Positions 25,937 through 38,580 of a DNA stretch of 64,000 nucleotides are shown one piece after another. The notes under the pieces are model-generated. The model had not been told where the DNA came from, did no database searches, and was given only the letters and a program-made list of their open reading frames with translations. Both the position numbers and the translations under genes were made by a program. Within the stretch, counting starts at the first letter, position 1. Each line of letters opens with the position of its first letter. Source of the DNA: Vitrella brassicaformis CCMP3155 (lineage: Eukaryota; Protista; Chromerida); the NCBI GenBank assembly GCA_001179505.1, contig CDMY01000298.1:66613-130612 (forward strand), written 5' to 3'.

Positions 25937-27845
25937 GAAGAAGACAGCTGAACCGGCATCTCCGCCTGTCCCTTCCACCCCAAGCGGCACCAATGTGCGC
26001 CCCCCCATCCACCCCAAAGCACGACAGCAACCGCCGCGGGAGGCAGGCGCGAGAAGACGGGATCAGCGGGGGATCAGAAAGGGAGGGGGATTTTTGCTGA
26101 GTAAGGCGTGCTGTGGCGGCTCGTTCTCTCGTGAGGAGGAGAGGGAAAGGGAGATAGTCTTCGGGGGGGAGAACGAGGAGGAAATGCTGGCAGCCACGGA
26201 GGAGCCATCGCTGCCGAGCGAGCCGCCCACCGCCGAGTACATCGCAAGCCGGGGGAGGACGGCACGGCCTGGAAAGTCGCGGCCCATGATATGCAAGCTT
26301 CCGCAGGTGGCGGGCGACCAGCCATCGATGACGAAGTAAGATCACACACACATTATGGGCTGGTACGCCATGTAATGTGACATTGATGTGTTTCTTCTTT
26401 CAGGCGGCACCTTCGCCAGCACAGCCCACCGCCCGCAGGGGCCGGGGAGGAGGGAGTCGGTGGCCACGTGGCCGGGATAGTGGCACTGGCGGCAGAGTGA
26501 GGGGCGACTCGGACGAGCCGATGCTGCCTGTGGGGCTGGTGGATGACGTAGAGGTGGACAGAGAGGAGGACAAGATGCCTCGTCTGCCTGCTGTGGAGAC
26601 CGAGAGGCGGCCACAGGAACTGCCTGAGGATGTAAGCACATAAGCAAACCATACCCAGAGAGAGAGAGAGAGAGTGCCGCCCGATGACGTCCGTATGTGT
26701 GTGTGTGTTCTTTTTTTGTTTGTCCCTTCAGGTGGTGGTGTGTCAGACGCCCAGTGAGGCCTCCCACCGCGACCCCGCCGGCGCGCGAGAGGAGCCCAAA
26801 GAGCCAAAGCACGACTCTGAGCCACCAGAGCCGAACCAAATGGACGACCTTCCTGACGAGCCCGATGAGTTGCCGCCCTCGCCGGGCGACTCGCACCCAC
26901 CACCACGACCCGATGACCCATCCCCGCCACCAGCAGAAGCAGCACCAGCAGCACCAGCGCTCCCGACCGCTCCACCGGCTGTCGCCAGTGGTGCGTCACC
27001 CGGTGGCAGCCGACCACCACCAGCACCACGCGACGACAACCAAGCGCCGGAGGAAGAGGTGGGCGAGGTCGAGAGCCCAGACGAGCCCACCCCAGCCGCC
27101 ACGAAGCCGTCGTCGCCACCCCGACCAGAGGAGAAGGATAAGAGCCGGGAGGAGCCCAAAGCCACCTAGGAGCCTCCAGCGGCAGCCGCCACTGGTGCGT
27201 CACCGCCGCGTGACGAGGAGAGGGAGGCTAAAGATCACGAGCTGGAGGGGAGGGTGAATGAGAGTGAGAAGGAGGACACGTCCTTGATTAGACCAAAGTT
27301 GCAGACGGCTTCCTCGCCCATTTTCAGCGACGAGTCGACAGGTACGCAGAAGTACCGCGACTGCACTCTCATTAATCATACCATGTCACATTTGATGGTT
27401 GGTTGTGTTCTTTCTCTCAGATGGCGGTGCTTCCGATGAGCGCGGCTCATCATCACCGGACTCGCCGACGCCGTACCCGCCGCCACCGCAGCAACCGACC
27501 AGCACCGTCACACCTGAGCTTACAGCAGCACTGACCGCCCTGCCGCCTCTCGCTGCCGGCACCACGCTCGCACTGGACAGCCCCACGGACACCTTCGAGT
27601 ACAGCAGGCAGCTTGAGGGCGGCAGGGGCGACTTCGCCCTGTGGGAGGGCGAGTTCATCAGGCGAGGGCGGCGCACGCCAGTCGTGATGAAGTTCATCAC
27701 GCAAGAGCCCCGTCGACGAGACGTCGACTTTGTGGAGGGCCTTGTCGATACGTTAGAGGGAGAGGTGGCGGCTCTGCAGGTGATTGACAGAGCCATCAAT
27801 GTCGCAATACGTGTACCGCCCCCATGTCTGCCCATCGGCTAAGCG
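25930..27845 (+). pseudogene. Disabled paralog of the kinase-like gene at 30722-33206
   Basis: Shares TPSGTNVRPP...FLLSxxCCGGxFSREEEREREIV, the SDEST|G exon boundary and the kinase N-lobe (GGRGDFALWEG, VVMKF, LEGEVAALQ). In-frame TAG at 27167-27169, and a frameshifting deletion after AIN (about 27800) beyond which the homologous SQYVYRPHVCPSAKRP is in another frame. Confidence 0.75.
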
Positions 27846-28204
27846 GCCAGTGCTCTGCTTATGGCGTCTGGATGCCCGCCGAGGGTTGACCACGATGGGC
27901 GTCCGACTGTGGAGAAGGTGAGTTCAGGGATAGCGCAACCTTCACGCCGCCGCGCAAACATCCAGAAATCATGTCTCTATGTATCTGTGTATGCAGGGAA
28001 TCATCGAAATCGAGGGACCCCGTGGTCCTAAATATGTGGCAGATTGCTGCGTGCATTTTATATTCCGAGTCTCGTACAGCTTCGCCTGCCGCTAACACTG
28101 CCTGCCTCGATTTTGCATCACTCTGTCCTTCTTCCGCTTATGCGATGCGTTAGTGTTTACATGATCCTGGCCTAATCCTCCCCTCCTTCGCGGGTCCGCC
28201 GAGT

Positions 28205-29788
28205 ATGGAATCATCGCAGTCTTCGGCTGGGCCTGAGGGCGAATGTGACGGTGAGGTGACGCAGGAGATGTTGGAGGCGCTACGAGGGGAGTTCGAGCAA
28301 CACACCCAGAGGGTGCTCAATGGATTGACGGATGGATACATGGACGGTTGAATGGATGGGTGGCTGTATGGTCTCCTTGTACAGATGGAGGCGATGTATC
28401 GTGAGGAGATGGATAGGATCAAGACGCTCGAGCGGCTGCACGCACAAGTAAGTAGATCACCCGCTGCGCGGGCTGCGGCGGCGGGCATGTGCTGGGATTT
28501 CTGCACTCGCTGTTGTTGTGCGCAGATGGGGGAGGCTTGCCGTAAGGAGTTGCTGCGGATCAAGACGGTCGAGCAGCAGTACGCACAGGTAGGAGGGCAG
28601 ATCATCCACAGATCTTCCATTTGTTTGTGTCCGTCTTGTGCAGGAGTTGGTGACATTGAAGCGTCAGCTTGAGGAGGAAGCTGCTCAGAGGCGGATGCAA
28701 GTGCAGGTGCGTCGTGCGTCTGTCAGAAAGGAGTCTGTTATGATATGTGGAATATCCCTGTGTCATGCATGCGTTTAGGCACTGCACAGGCATGTCGTTG
28801 ATGAGGTGACGACGGCCGTGCAGGTCGGCTTCCATGACGACAAAGAGGAGCTGAAGACAGACCTACTTCAGAGGCTCAGGGCGATGGACCTCCCTCTCTC
28901 AGGGCGATGCGACTTGCTCCACGAGAGAGTCGACAACAGCAAATCGGTAGGCAGACCTGCACAACATACCCGCTCTGATTCATTGTTGTGGCTGCTCGTT
29001 GCAGCACGAAGGCGCGAAGCTCAAAGCGGCCTCTCAACACATTTGCATTCCAGGCCAGCAGGTAAGAAACATGAGCATCCGCGAACGCTGCCCACATTTG
29101 TGTGTGTGTGTGTGTGTGTCGCGCGCAGTTTTTGCGTTTGTCATCTCGCCTTGGCAGCTATCGTGCTCTGCATGATTGGTTGAGCCGCTTCATGGACATC
29201 AAGTCGATCAACCTATTCTACAAGTACTGACACTAGACACCGCACGCACCCATTTGATTTCGGGCATGTGCACCTTTCAGGTCGTCACGGGATGGTTTCA
29301 AGTACCCCACGTTCCTCGACAAAACTCATGGCATCTCCAGACTGCTGCTGCTGATGCGCGATGGGCCCACCCACCTCCTCGCCTGCACCGTCGACGGCCC
29401 GCTGGCAGAGGGCAAGAAGACCCGCTGCCTGGTCTCCTTCTACGCCATCACCGGGCCGTATGACTCACCCACCAAGATCACCACCCCCGCAGATGGCGGC
29501 GGGCAACGACAATACCTGCCGTATGTGGCGCTGGCGGGACGGGAGGAGTTGCGAGGCGGAGATGGGCAGCCGATCGCCCATGTGTCCATCGGTGTGGAGC
29601 ATGGACCAGCTGTCTGGCTCGGCTATACACAGCCCGACCCGGCAGCTGATCTCACCAGCTGCTACATGAGAGCCACACGGCTTAGCTTGCCAGACGGCTA
29701 TTGAGGGGAGGTCGAGGAAGGCCGCTGCCCACTGGCGGGACGCGTGCAGTTCTCCATCACCGAGATGGAAGTCTGGGAGCTCACCTAG
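28205..29788 (+). pseudogene. Coiled-coil plus TLDc-like domain gene with an in-frame TGA near the C-terminus
   Basis: Coiled-coil exons (MEAMYREEMDRIKTLERLHAQ etc.), then FRSSRDGFKYPTFLDKTHG...LLLLMRDG (TLDc start-like) and FSITEMEVWELT* (TLDc end-like). TGA at 29702-29704 lies in frame before the terminal motif. Confidence 0.6.
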
Positions 29789-30721
29789 GTAAGAAAAGAC
29801 CCCAAAAATCAAGAGGATGGCAGATGTTGGTTGTGCACTGGTTGGTCCGGGCAATGGTCCTTTATTGCTGTCTGTCAGGTGTAGAAGCTACTGATCGAAG
29901 CGACACTTGTGTCCAATTTCACTCGTTACGATACAGTACCAACAGACAGACAGACAGACAGACTCTTGTATGACTGCATGCATCCATGCACACAGATTGC
30001 GGCGGCATGTATGTGGGTATGGGTGTGCATGTGTACCGGTGTGGCTGGCTTTTACGCTATGTACCTTCGCACAATGAAGGCTTCTTGGTTTATGCGTGCA
30101 AACAGAGAGAAACACAACTCGCGTTCAATCGGTCACTGACGCGTTTGTCAGTGGGCGATTGTCGCAGCGACTTGCACCGACAAACAAGAGGCTTCCAAGA
30201 AGGCTGTAGCGAGACAACGCCTAGAGCGGTTTGTCTTTCCCCTGCCGGGCTCGCCTCTTGGTGGATGTCAGGGGTCTTGTGGTCATATGATATATCCTTG
30301 CACAATCCCATCAATGAATCGCCGACGGACAGAAGAGACGTCTCGTACGTTTGTCACTCGTCACTCGTCACGAGGCGCGGTGATTCTCTGCTTCTGTGCC
30401 GCCTTTTTTCCCGCCATCCTTCTTCCCACTACCATCCCTACCCCCTTCTTGGCCTGCTTGGGTCGATTGTATTCTTGACGCGGAACGACTCCTATCGATA
30501 CGATACAACCTTTGGACGTACCTTTGGCAAGCGACTGGGAGCGAGATCTGCTTGCGGGTGCACCAGCAAATACAAAACTCGACGGACGCCTCCCCGAAGC
30601 AATCGACACAATCTAGCAAGAGGTTCAGGCCTTGTCCGATTCGTTCAATCCTCCCGAAAATCGCATGGAGTTAGGGGCGGGGAAAACCCTGCTTCGGCCG
30701 CGAGTGTGAAACGCCAACGAG

Positions 30722-33206
30722 ATGATGGCATTTCACGCCTCTGTTCGTCCCCCATATGGCTTCCTGCCATTTCAACAGCACGTGTACCACCCCATGCCCC
30801 CCTCTCTGCACGCACTCACTGGACTCGCTGGAGCGCCTGCGGCCGCACAGCCACATCCGGCTTATTTCCACCCGCCGTGGCCTCCAGCCACCTCTGCCGC
30901 ACGTGGCAGCGCCAGAACTGGCAGCGCCCGAGCGAAGGACCATCCCTGCATCGCTGTGCCGGCATCCCAGGCGCCTGTCCCTCTCACCCCCAGCGGCACC
31001 AACGTGCGCCCCCCCGTCCACCCTTCAGCACGACAGAAACCGCCGCGGGAGGCAGGCGTCAGAATGCGGCACCAGCAGCAGCGGACTAAGGGACGGGGAT
31101 TTCTGCTTAGTGAGGGGTGTTGCGGTGGCGCATTCTCTCGAGAGGAGGAGAGAGAGAGGGAGATAGTCCTTGAGGAGGAGAACTACGAGGGCAAGGAGAA
31201 CGAGGAGGAGATGATAGCATCCGTAGACGATGAGCCGCCCTTGTTGTCGAGCCAGCCGCCCGCCGCCAAGTACGTTGCCGGCCGGGGGAGGAGGGCGATG
31301 ATCATGGCGCGGCCACGGACGCCGAGAGCCGACACGCCGCCGCCATTGCCTATGGTGCCAATGGAGCAGTCGCGAGCAAGAGACCCATCGCCGCCACCAT
31401 ACACACACAAGAGGTAAGACCACACACAAGTCCACGAACAGACCTGAACAGTTCGTTTTGTTTGTGGACCATCTGTCCCTTTCAATTCAGGTCGATACCG
31501 AGGCCACCATCGACGTCGATCCGTCGAGTTGAGACCAAGAGCCCCCCTCCCAACTTTCCACTGGCGGCCTTCTTCAGCAACCAGCCGGTCATCACGCCAA
31601 TCGAGCAGCGGGAGAGAGAGGAACGGGGAGAGGGCAAGGGCGAGCCAGCGACACTCCCATTGTGTAGCAGCGACTTGAAGGAGGGATCCCCGTCCCCTGC
31701 AAGCGACGAGTCGACAGGTACGCACACACTATATCACATGATTTCGGTGTCCAATGACCCATGGGCTGATTGTCTCCTCTGCTGCAGGTGCAGGCGCGTC
31801 TGATGACGGCAGCTCTGCTGGAGCGGGGTCGCCAGCGGCATCACAGCCCCGGGCAGCACTCGCCACAATCCCCCCTTTCCACCCCCCTCTCCTTGCCGGC
31901 ACCGCTTTGGCGGTCAGCCCCACCGCCACATTCGAGTGTGGCAGGCAGCTGAGCGGCGGGAGGGGGGTCTTTGCTCTGTGGGAGGGAGACTTCGTCGGGC
32001 AGGGGCGGCGCACGCCAGCCGTGATGAACTTCATCACGACGGATCAGACGGAGAAGGGGGCCATGTTTGTCGAGCACCTGGTGGACACGTTGGTGGGCGA
32101 AGCGGCGTGTCTGCAGGCCATCAACATGGCCATTGAGGAGGAGTTGGTGCTGCCGCAGTACCTCTACGACCCGCAGATTCGCCCGTCAGCCAAGCGGCCG
32201 GGCACCACCTGGATGGCCCCCAAGCTGCTGGGGACGGCATCGGATCTGCCCCAGCTGCGGCCGGTGGTGGAAAGCTGCCTGGAGGTGAAGAAGATACCTG
32301 GTGCGGGCGTTTGCATGGTCATGGAGAAGATTGGCTCAGGTATGGCGCGACAATCGCACACACAGCCGTCCACACGGCCATCGACATGTCGTGCGTCTCT
32401 GTGTATGTCTATACTCATGCAGGGCATACTGTGTGGGACTTCATCTGCCAGGCGAGCCCACTCAACCCCGCCCTTCGTGCAGACGCCCTCTACTGCGCCA
32501 TCATGGGAGTCAACATCCTCCTGGCCATGCTCTCCCTGCACCGGATCGGGATTCTCCACGATGACCTCCACTGGTCAAACGTCCTCATTCGCAGCCCCGC
32601 CACCGCTCAAGTCGCCATCATCGACTACGAAGCCGCCCGAGACAAGAGTGCGGTGGAGAGCGGCACGGCGAGGGACGTACGGACCCAGCCCCCCGCCCCC
32701 TGCGACACACCGTTCCACCTGATCGGCCTGCTGTGCAACAGGAGCTTCCCCATCCACCACTACACCGACTACGTGTCGGTGGCCTGGATGGTGCTCCTGC
32801 TGGCCTTCAGTGTGAAGGACGTCGGTCGCATTGTTGCGGCGGTGCAGCGGCAGAGGGACGGGCTGATTGAGGGGTGCCTGGCTGGCGATTCTGATCTCAA
32901 CGAGGGGATAGTGCGGGGCTGGTACGAGGCGGGTGTGCAGGCGGCGATCGCGAAGGCCCAACGAGCGAAGAGCACCTTTCAGCAGCGGGCGGTGGAGCTG
33001 CTCGAGCTTTGCTGCTCGGAGGCCCTCAAGGGTGATGGGATGGGGGAGGAGGCCATGATGGGCAGGGTACACCAATACATCCAAGATACTATCAACGGTA
33101 AGATGACATGGGGTGGGGGAGCCCTTGATGTGTTCCATTGCACTCATGTCTGTCCACTTGTCCGCCCGTCTGTTCGTCGTCAGATGTGCGTAAGAAGATG
33201 AAGTAG
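30722..33206 (+). CDS. Atypical protein kinase-like protein with a Pro-rich N-terminus; beta3 Lys replaced by Asn (probable pseudokinase)
   Basis: Gly-loop GGRGVFALW, AVMNF (no Lys), alphaC Glu in LVGEAACLQ, hinge MVMEKIG, catalytic loop HDDLHWSNVL, VAIIDYE. Phase-consistent exons end INDVRKKMK* at 33204-33206. Confidence 0.75.
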
Positions 33207-33339
33207 CGTGAGTCGTGGTGAGGGACGCCATCAACGCATCCATCGGACTCGCGTCATCGCCCGCAGACACCGCATCCGCGCCCATCGGGACACCCATCGG
33301 GACACCGCATCCGCGCCCATCGGGCTGGCCGTCGTGTCC

Positions 33340-33975
33340 TCCAGTGTCACGCTGGCCATGCGCATTGTGAACAACACTCTGAGTGCCGGAAGACGACGGC
33401 ACCGGTCTCGCCACGTTCGCCCAGCTCGTGATCGGCCCCAACATGACCACACCGGCCTCCCTGGGGCTCAACGGCACGCTGGACGTGGCGGCACTGGTCG
33501 GGCGACTGGGTGTCCCCCTTCAGCTGCGAGGCGTCTTCATCACCCAGACCAGCGTCCATGGCCGTGCGGGAAGAGGAGGAGGGGGAGAGTCCCCAACCCG
33601 CCCCCGCAGCTGCTGCAGCAGGGGGCCTGGCCATCAAGCGTTCAGAGGTGGACTTCACGGGGGCGGTGGCGGGGGGAGGTACATGTATGGGGGTCAAGAC
33701 GGTCGCTCTGGCTGGAATGGGGTGGTACTGTACATCAGCAGCAGACGAAGCCGGTGCATCGGAAGACCACAGCCCATCGCACAGCCAGCGTCGAGACCGA
33801 CACACCACCCCAGACACACACGCCTATTCCCCAGCAGCTGGCGTCCATGAGGGTCGATCTGGATCGAGTGACCAAGGAGCGTGACGAAGCATTCGAGTGT
33901 CTGTCTGTCGATGCACAAGTCGCTGGCTGTGGAGCTGATGAGGGAGAAAAGCGAGCATTTTTCGTCTTGTGTTGA
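33340..33975 (+). pseudogene. Fragmented coding-like remnant
   Basis: Codon-like pieces in three different frames (ATFAQLVIGPNMTTPASLG...; MAVREEEEGESPQ...; LASMRVDLDRVTKERDEAFE) with no consistent splice path. Confidence 0.3.
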
Positions 33976-35951
33976 TCTCTGGCCATGTTTATGCGGTGTC
34001 GTGCACGGATGTGATGAGGCGAGGGCGTGAAAGGTCCGTTGTGTGGTCTGCTTGCCGTACCGTGCCGTGCCACACATCTACACACACATGGGTCCACTCA
34101 TCCATCCACTCACCCACACACAACATAGAGGACGTCGACTCGATGCCCTTTTTCCGTCTGGCTGCCTGACTGCCTTGCTATTCTCCCTTCCAGCCTAGCC
34201 TGGCCTTCTCTAAGTGAGTGTGCTGCTCGGTGCTGCCCCCCACTGAGTTGATGTTGAGTAGCACACTGACCTCCCTCTCTCATCGACAGAGTGGCCGACT
34301 GATATGCGTCGCTGTGTCTCTCTCTGCTCTCATCGATTGCACACGTCCCCAGCACCTCAACCCACGCGCACACAAGCAAACAGCTGCCCCTTTTCTACTA
34401 CGCCCGCTCATCGGCACGGCCACGGCATGGAATGTCGAGTGTGCCTGTCTGTGTGTCGTTCGGCTGGCTGTCGTGTGTCCGGTGTTTGCCACCTCATGGT
34501 GTGGCGTGTCTGGGTGTGATGGAGGGGAACTCATGTGTTGCTTTATTCACCGTTTGTTGTGGATGTCTGCTGGCGATTGGCGTGTGGCTGTATGATGATT
34601 TGTTGGTGGTCTGTCCGTCACGCGTGGGTCTCCACACACCACCACCACCAGGCCTGTGACCTCTCTCTGACTGGCTGTGAGTGCCATGGCTGCCTGGTAC
34701 TGTTCGCACACACGCGTCTGGCGGATGTACCTGTCGTGTTAATGTGATGGATAAAGAGTGCTTTGGGGGTAAGGGTTTTTGCTGCAGTCATCTGTGCACG
34801 TGTCCGCCGTCAGGGGGCGCGTCATGCACCATCCCATCCTTGGTGCAGGCGTGAACTCTGATATGGATGGGCCGTGCGGCTGGCTGGTCGACTGGCCTCT
34901 CATGGGCGCGTGCGTGGCCGACAGACAGCCTTTAAGCTGTGGTCGCCGCGTGAACGTGGGATGTGCCACCCAGGCAGTTAGGACGCACTGACAGCCATTG
35001 CTCAGGGGCTGCGTGAGCGTGTGTGGATGGATGGATGGATGGATGGGTGCTGGATTTATAAGAGACGTGGCAGCCGATTGTTCGCTCGTGTGAGGCATGT
35101 ACCGTCTTGATCGCTGGTCTTTGTACGTCATGTGTCATGCAGTGTGATGAATGGCATTGACCCCCACCCTGCTTGTGCCTCTGTGGTGCAGCTGCCGTCA
35201 ATGAGGTTTGTTGTGTGTTTGTATGGCGCGGTCTGCATGCCGTGCTTCGTCGTGCCATCTGTGCGCTGCCTGCCGATACCGATACACATATGCAAAGCAT
35301 TGGGCACTCGCTATCCACTGACAGATATGTGAGGCGTGGGGCTGTCGTGTGGGAATGCATGGATGAATGCCGTGCTGGCTGTGAGTGCGTGCGTCCTCGA
35401 TCTGTCTGTCTCCCTTCTAGCTAGAGCCTATTCTGAGTTTATGTTGTTGGTTCGAGTTCGTCTCTACACTACCCACCTCCCACCACAGTCAGGCCATTAC
35501 TGTCTTTTCCTTCTTTGTCCATGGCCACGCCCCTGGCGTGTTGAAGCGAGGAGCGGTGATGTGACGCTGGCGCTGGAGGTGGGGGTACACACATCAGAAT
35601 GAATGACAGTGGATGGATGGGTGGATGAAGATACAGTGCAATGGATACATCGCTCTCCACTCTCTCTCTCTTATCCACCTCGTTCTGTATGCATGCCCAC
35701 ATAGCTGCCTGACCGCCTCACTGCTCTGTCCCACCGGCACTTCTCTACTGCACCGGTTGGCTGTCTGTCTGTCTGTCGCGTTGTGTTGCCTTGTCTGTCG
35801 CGGGTGTGGGTGTCTGTTGATACGGTGGTGTGTATGTGGGTGGTTGTGTGCGTATGTGGAATGTGCGTATGTTGATTGACCGGACACGTGGCGTCAGACC
35901 ATTACGTTCACGATCGTCCGCTCATACATCATGAGAGTCCTTTCATGCATC

Positions 35952-36013
35952 CTTTCACGTCGTTTGTCAGTGATATGTGCGCTTTCACGTCGTTTGTCAG
36001 TGATATGTGCGCT
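35952..36013. repeat. 30-bp perfect tandem duplication
   Basis: ctttcacgtcgtttgtcagtgatatgtgcg occurs twice (35952-35981 and 35982-36011), followed by ct. Confidence 0.95.
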
Positions 36014-36130
36014 CTCTCCAACTGATATACCAAATCCACCAACTTGAACGAACACCAACTGAAGAATGACAGCAGCCACACAACACGTGCACACACAAAT
36101 GCCGTGCACTTTGGGTGTTGGTGGGGCACC

Positions 36131-37195
36131 TCAGTTGCTGCCTTCGTTGCCTTTGTTGCCTTCGTTGCCTTCGTCGCCTGTCGCAAATGCCTCCTGCGTG
36201 AACGCACAACACACATTCATTGTGTCTGCGTGTGTGTGGGTGTGTCTGTGGTATATACTCACATTGTTGTCGTAGGCCGCAGACAGTTCAGCGAAACTCA
36301 CTCCGAACTCACGAGCGCACCACGAGTTGAACTGCACACACGCAAACACACGCCATGGGCACTGTGTCTGAGCACACAGTTGTGGCCGAGTACGAGGTCA
36401 GGCTGGTTGATGCTGAGCCACTTAAACACTTAAACACATCTGCACAGAGCGCACGCACACACGTGATTCGATCCACATGCACCATCCGTCTGTCTGTCTG
36501 TATGACTGACCGCGGTTGAAGCGAAACACTTCCTCGTCGAGCAGGGACACACGCGCCTTGGCGACACGTTCCAGCCACTCCTCCCATGTCTGACAACACA
36601 CACACACCACACCACACCACAACACAACACAACACACATCCATCCATCCATCCATGGCTCGTCAGCCAACCTCATTGTGGCATCTTCCTTGGGCAGCAGC
36701 CGCGGCGAGGGCTGTATCCTTCATCCGCTTGCCACGCGGGTTTCTTCCGAAGTTGTGCGCCTCGCTATGGGTCATTGTCGAGCCCTGTTGCGCGCGCTCG
36801 TCGCGGAATGCCTGACACAGAAGTGGATGGACCCTCTGTGTCCGTGATGTGTTGGTCATCGCTCACTCTCGTCCCCGTCATGTCCTGATGAAACACGCCG
36901 AACTGTACTGGCTCGTCTCCGTCTGTGCACACACGCACAAACAAACACGCACGCACATGGTGTCTAGTGTGCATGGCGGTTTGCAGCTTGCGTGTATGTG
37001 GGTGTTCTTCGTCGCAGACGGGCCAACTTGCTCTCTGCATACATCGACACGATACATGCAAGGCACGTTATCTGTCGTCATCTTACCTGACAGTGGCACG
37101 AATCGTTTGTTGAGAATCTCGTCATCGTCAGAACAGGACTCGTCATCAGAACTGAGCGGCATCCATCCATCCATCCATTCATCCATCCATCTGTA

Positions 37196-37231
<36 letters not shown>

Positions 37232-37830
37232 TGCATACTTGTCGGCGTTATCGTTCTTGTTGCCGCTGTCGTTGTCGTCGTGGGAGTCGTCGGCCGACAG
37301 GTTGGCCTGAACAGCGATCGACCTGGTCTGAACACTGCACACACACAGATGGTCGGCGTCACAGATGGACTGCGGTTACTTGTCGACATTCCTCAGTCCT
37401 TCCAGCGTGGCCACGCGTCGATCCAGGTCGCGAATGGCCCTCAAAACCGCTGGAAACACACACAAACACCCAATTTTGGATTGGTCGCTTGCTTTGCTTG
37501 TACCAGTCATGTCCACGTCCGAACCCAACTCCACTGATGACAAGCAAGACACACACACGACCAACATCCACACACATCAGAACCCATCCCATCCACATCA
37601 CATTCCTTGCCTTCAGCCCTGCGATGGGGAATGGGCGACGCTATGCGGCGAGGCTCAGGGGACGGTGTGCGGCGGGGGCGTCCGGGCTCAAAGGCGGGGG
37701 TGTGACGATTCACCAGTGAGGGGAAGGGCGCGCGACCTGGCGAGTTCACCGTGCTGCTCACGATGCTATCGCCAAAGTTGCGCAGGCTCGGCGAATTTGC
37801 GTTGCGGAGACGGACTCTGAGAGAGACATG

Positions 37831-37890
<60 letters not shown>

Positions 37891-38205
37891 TGCGTGAGAG
37901 ACTGGCTGGCTGGCCTGTGCGTGAGTGAGTGAGTGTAAGTGTACCCTGCGTGAACCCGAGAGCAGGAAGTGACCCTGATGGATGGATGAATGAATGAATG
38001 AATGGAGAAAGAGAGAGACCAATGTCGTGTCAATGGTCATTCATGACGTTCTACCGTGGGCGAGACCGAGAGAGTCGGCTGCGAAAACACCACGACGACC
38101 TGAATTAATGCTCGCACACAGAGACACGCAATCACTCCACCCTGTGTGTGTCCTTGCTTGTTTGCTTGTCTGCTTACTGGGCGACTTGTTGTCTTGTGCA
38201 GCCAT
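36131..38205 (-). CDS. Multi-exon hypothetical protein with a short coiled coil and acidic tracts
   Basis: Exon-like segments bounded by GT-AG: VLRAIRDLDRRVATLEGLR, SADDSHDDNDSG, SSDDESCSDDDEIL, AFRDERAQQG..., TWEEWLERVAKARVSLLDEEVFRFNR, FNSWCAREFGVSFAEL, EAFATGDEGNEGNKGNEGSN*. 5' exons not resolved. Confidence 0.4.
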
Positions 38206-38580
38206 GCTCTCAGCGCCAAACAGAGTCGACGTCACAGCAGCCACACTCAGAGTGAAAGAAGCGAAGAGAGCGAACAGTGAGCGACACATCTCGAATCAAT
38301 CAGCCGTGAAGCATCATTCGCGCGTTCCTGTCTGCCTGTGCCTCAGCTGCACCAATTGGTTGATGCAAGATCGAAGTTTCCTCACGCACAATTACACATA
38401 CATACATACATACACACATACATACATACACACATACTCACATGAGTCTCTTTGTTGCAAGTGACGAGTGCGTGAGACTGACCACTCTGACTGACTGCTG
38501 TTCACACATGCACGCAGACACGCAAAAAGTCAAAACCATCCACACGACCATCTACACCCACCCCTGTTTATCCGTCCGGT

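Noticed and set aside
33263-33325. Short direct repeats gacaccgcatccgcgcccatcggg resembling a repeat-spacer array
   Set aside because: Only two full copies with an 11-bp partial unit between them; eukaryotic context, no cas genes; a simple slippage duplication.
35415-35475. GGTTCGAGTTC resembling a tRNA T-arm
   Set aside because: No acceptor stem, D-arm or anticodon arm can be folded around it.
34100-35900. Long stretch without a convincing gene
   Set aside because: Only microsatellite-rich, non-codon-biased ORFs; no RNA gene or mobile element signature found.
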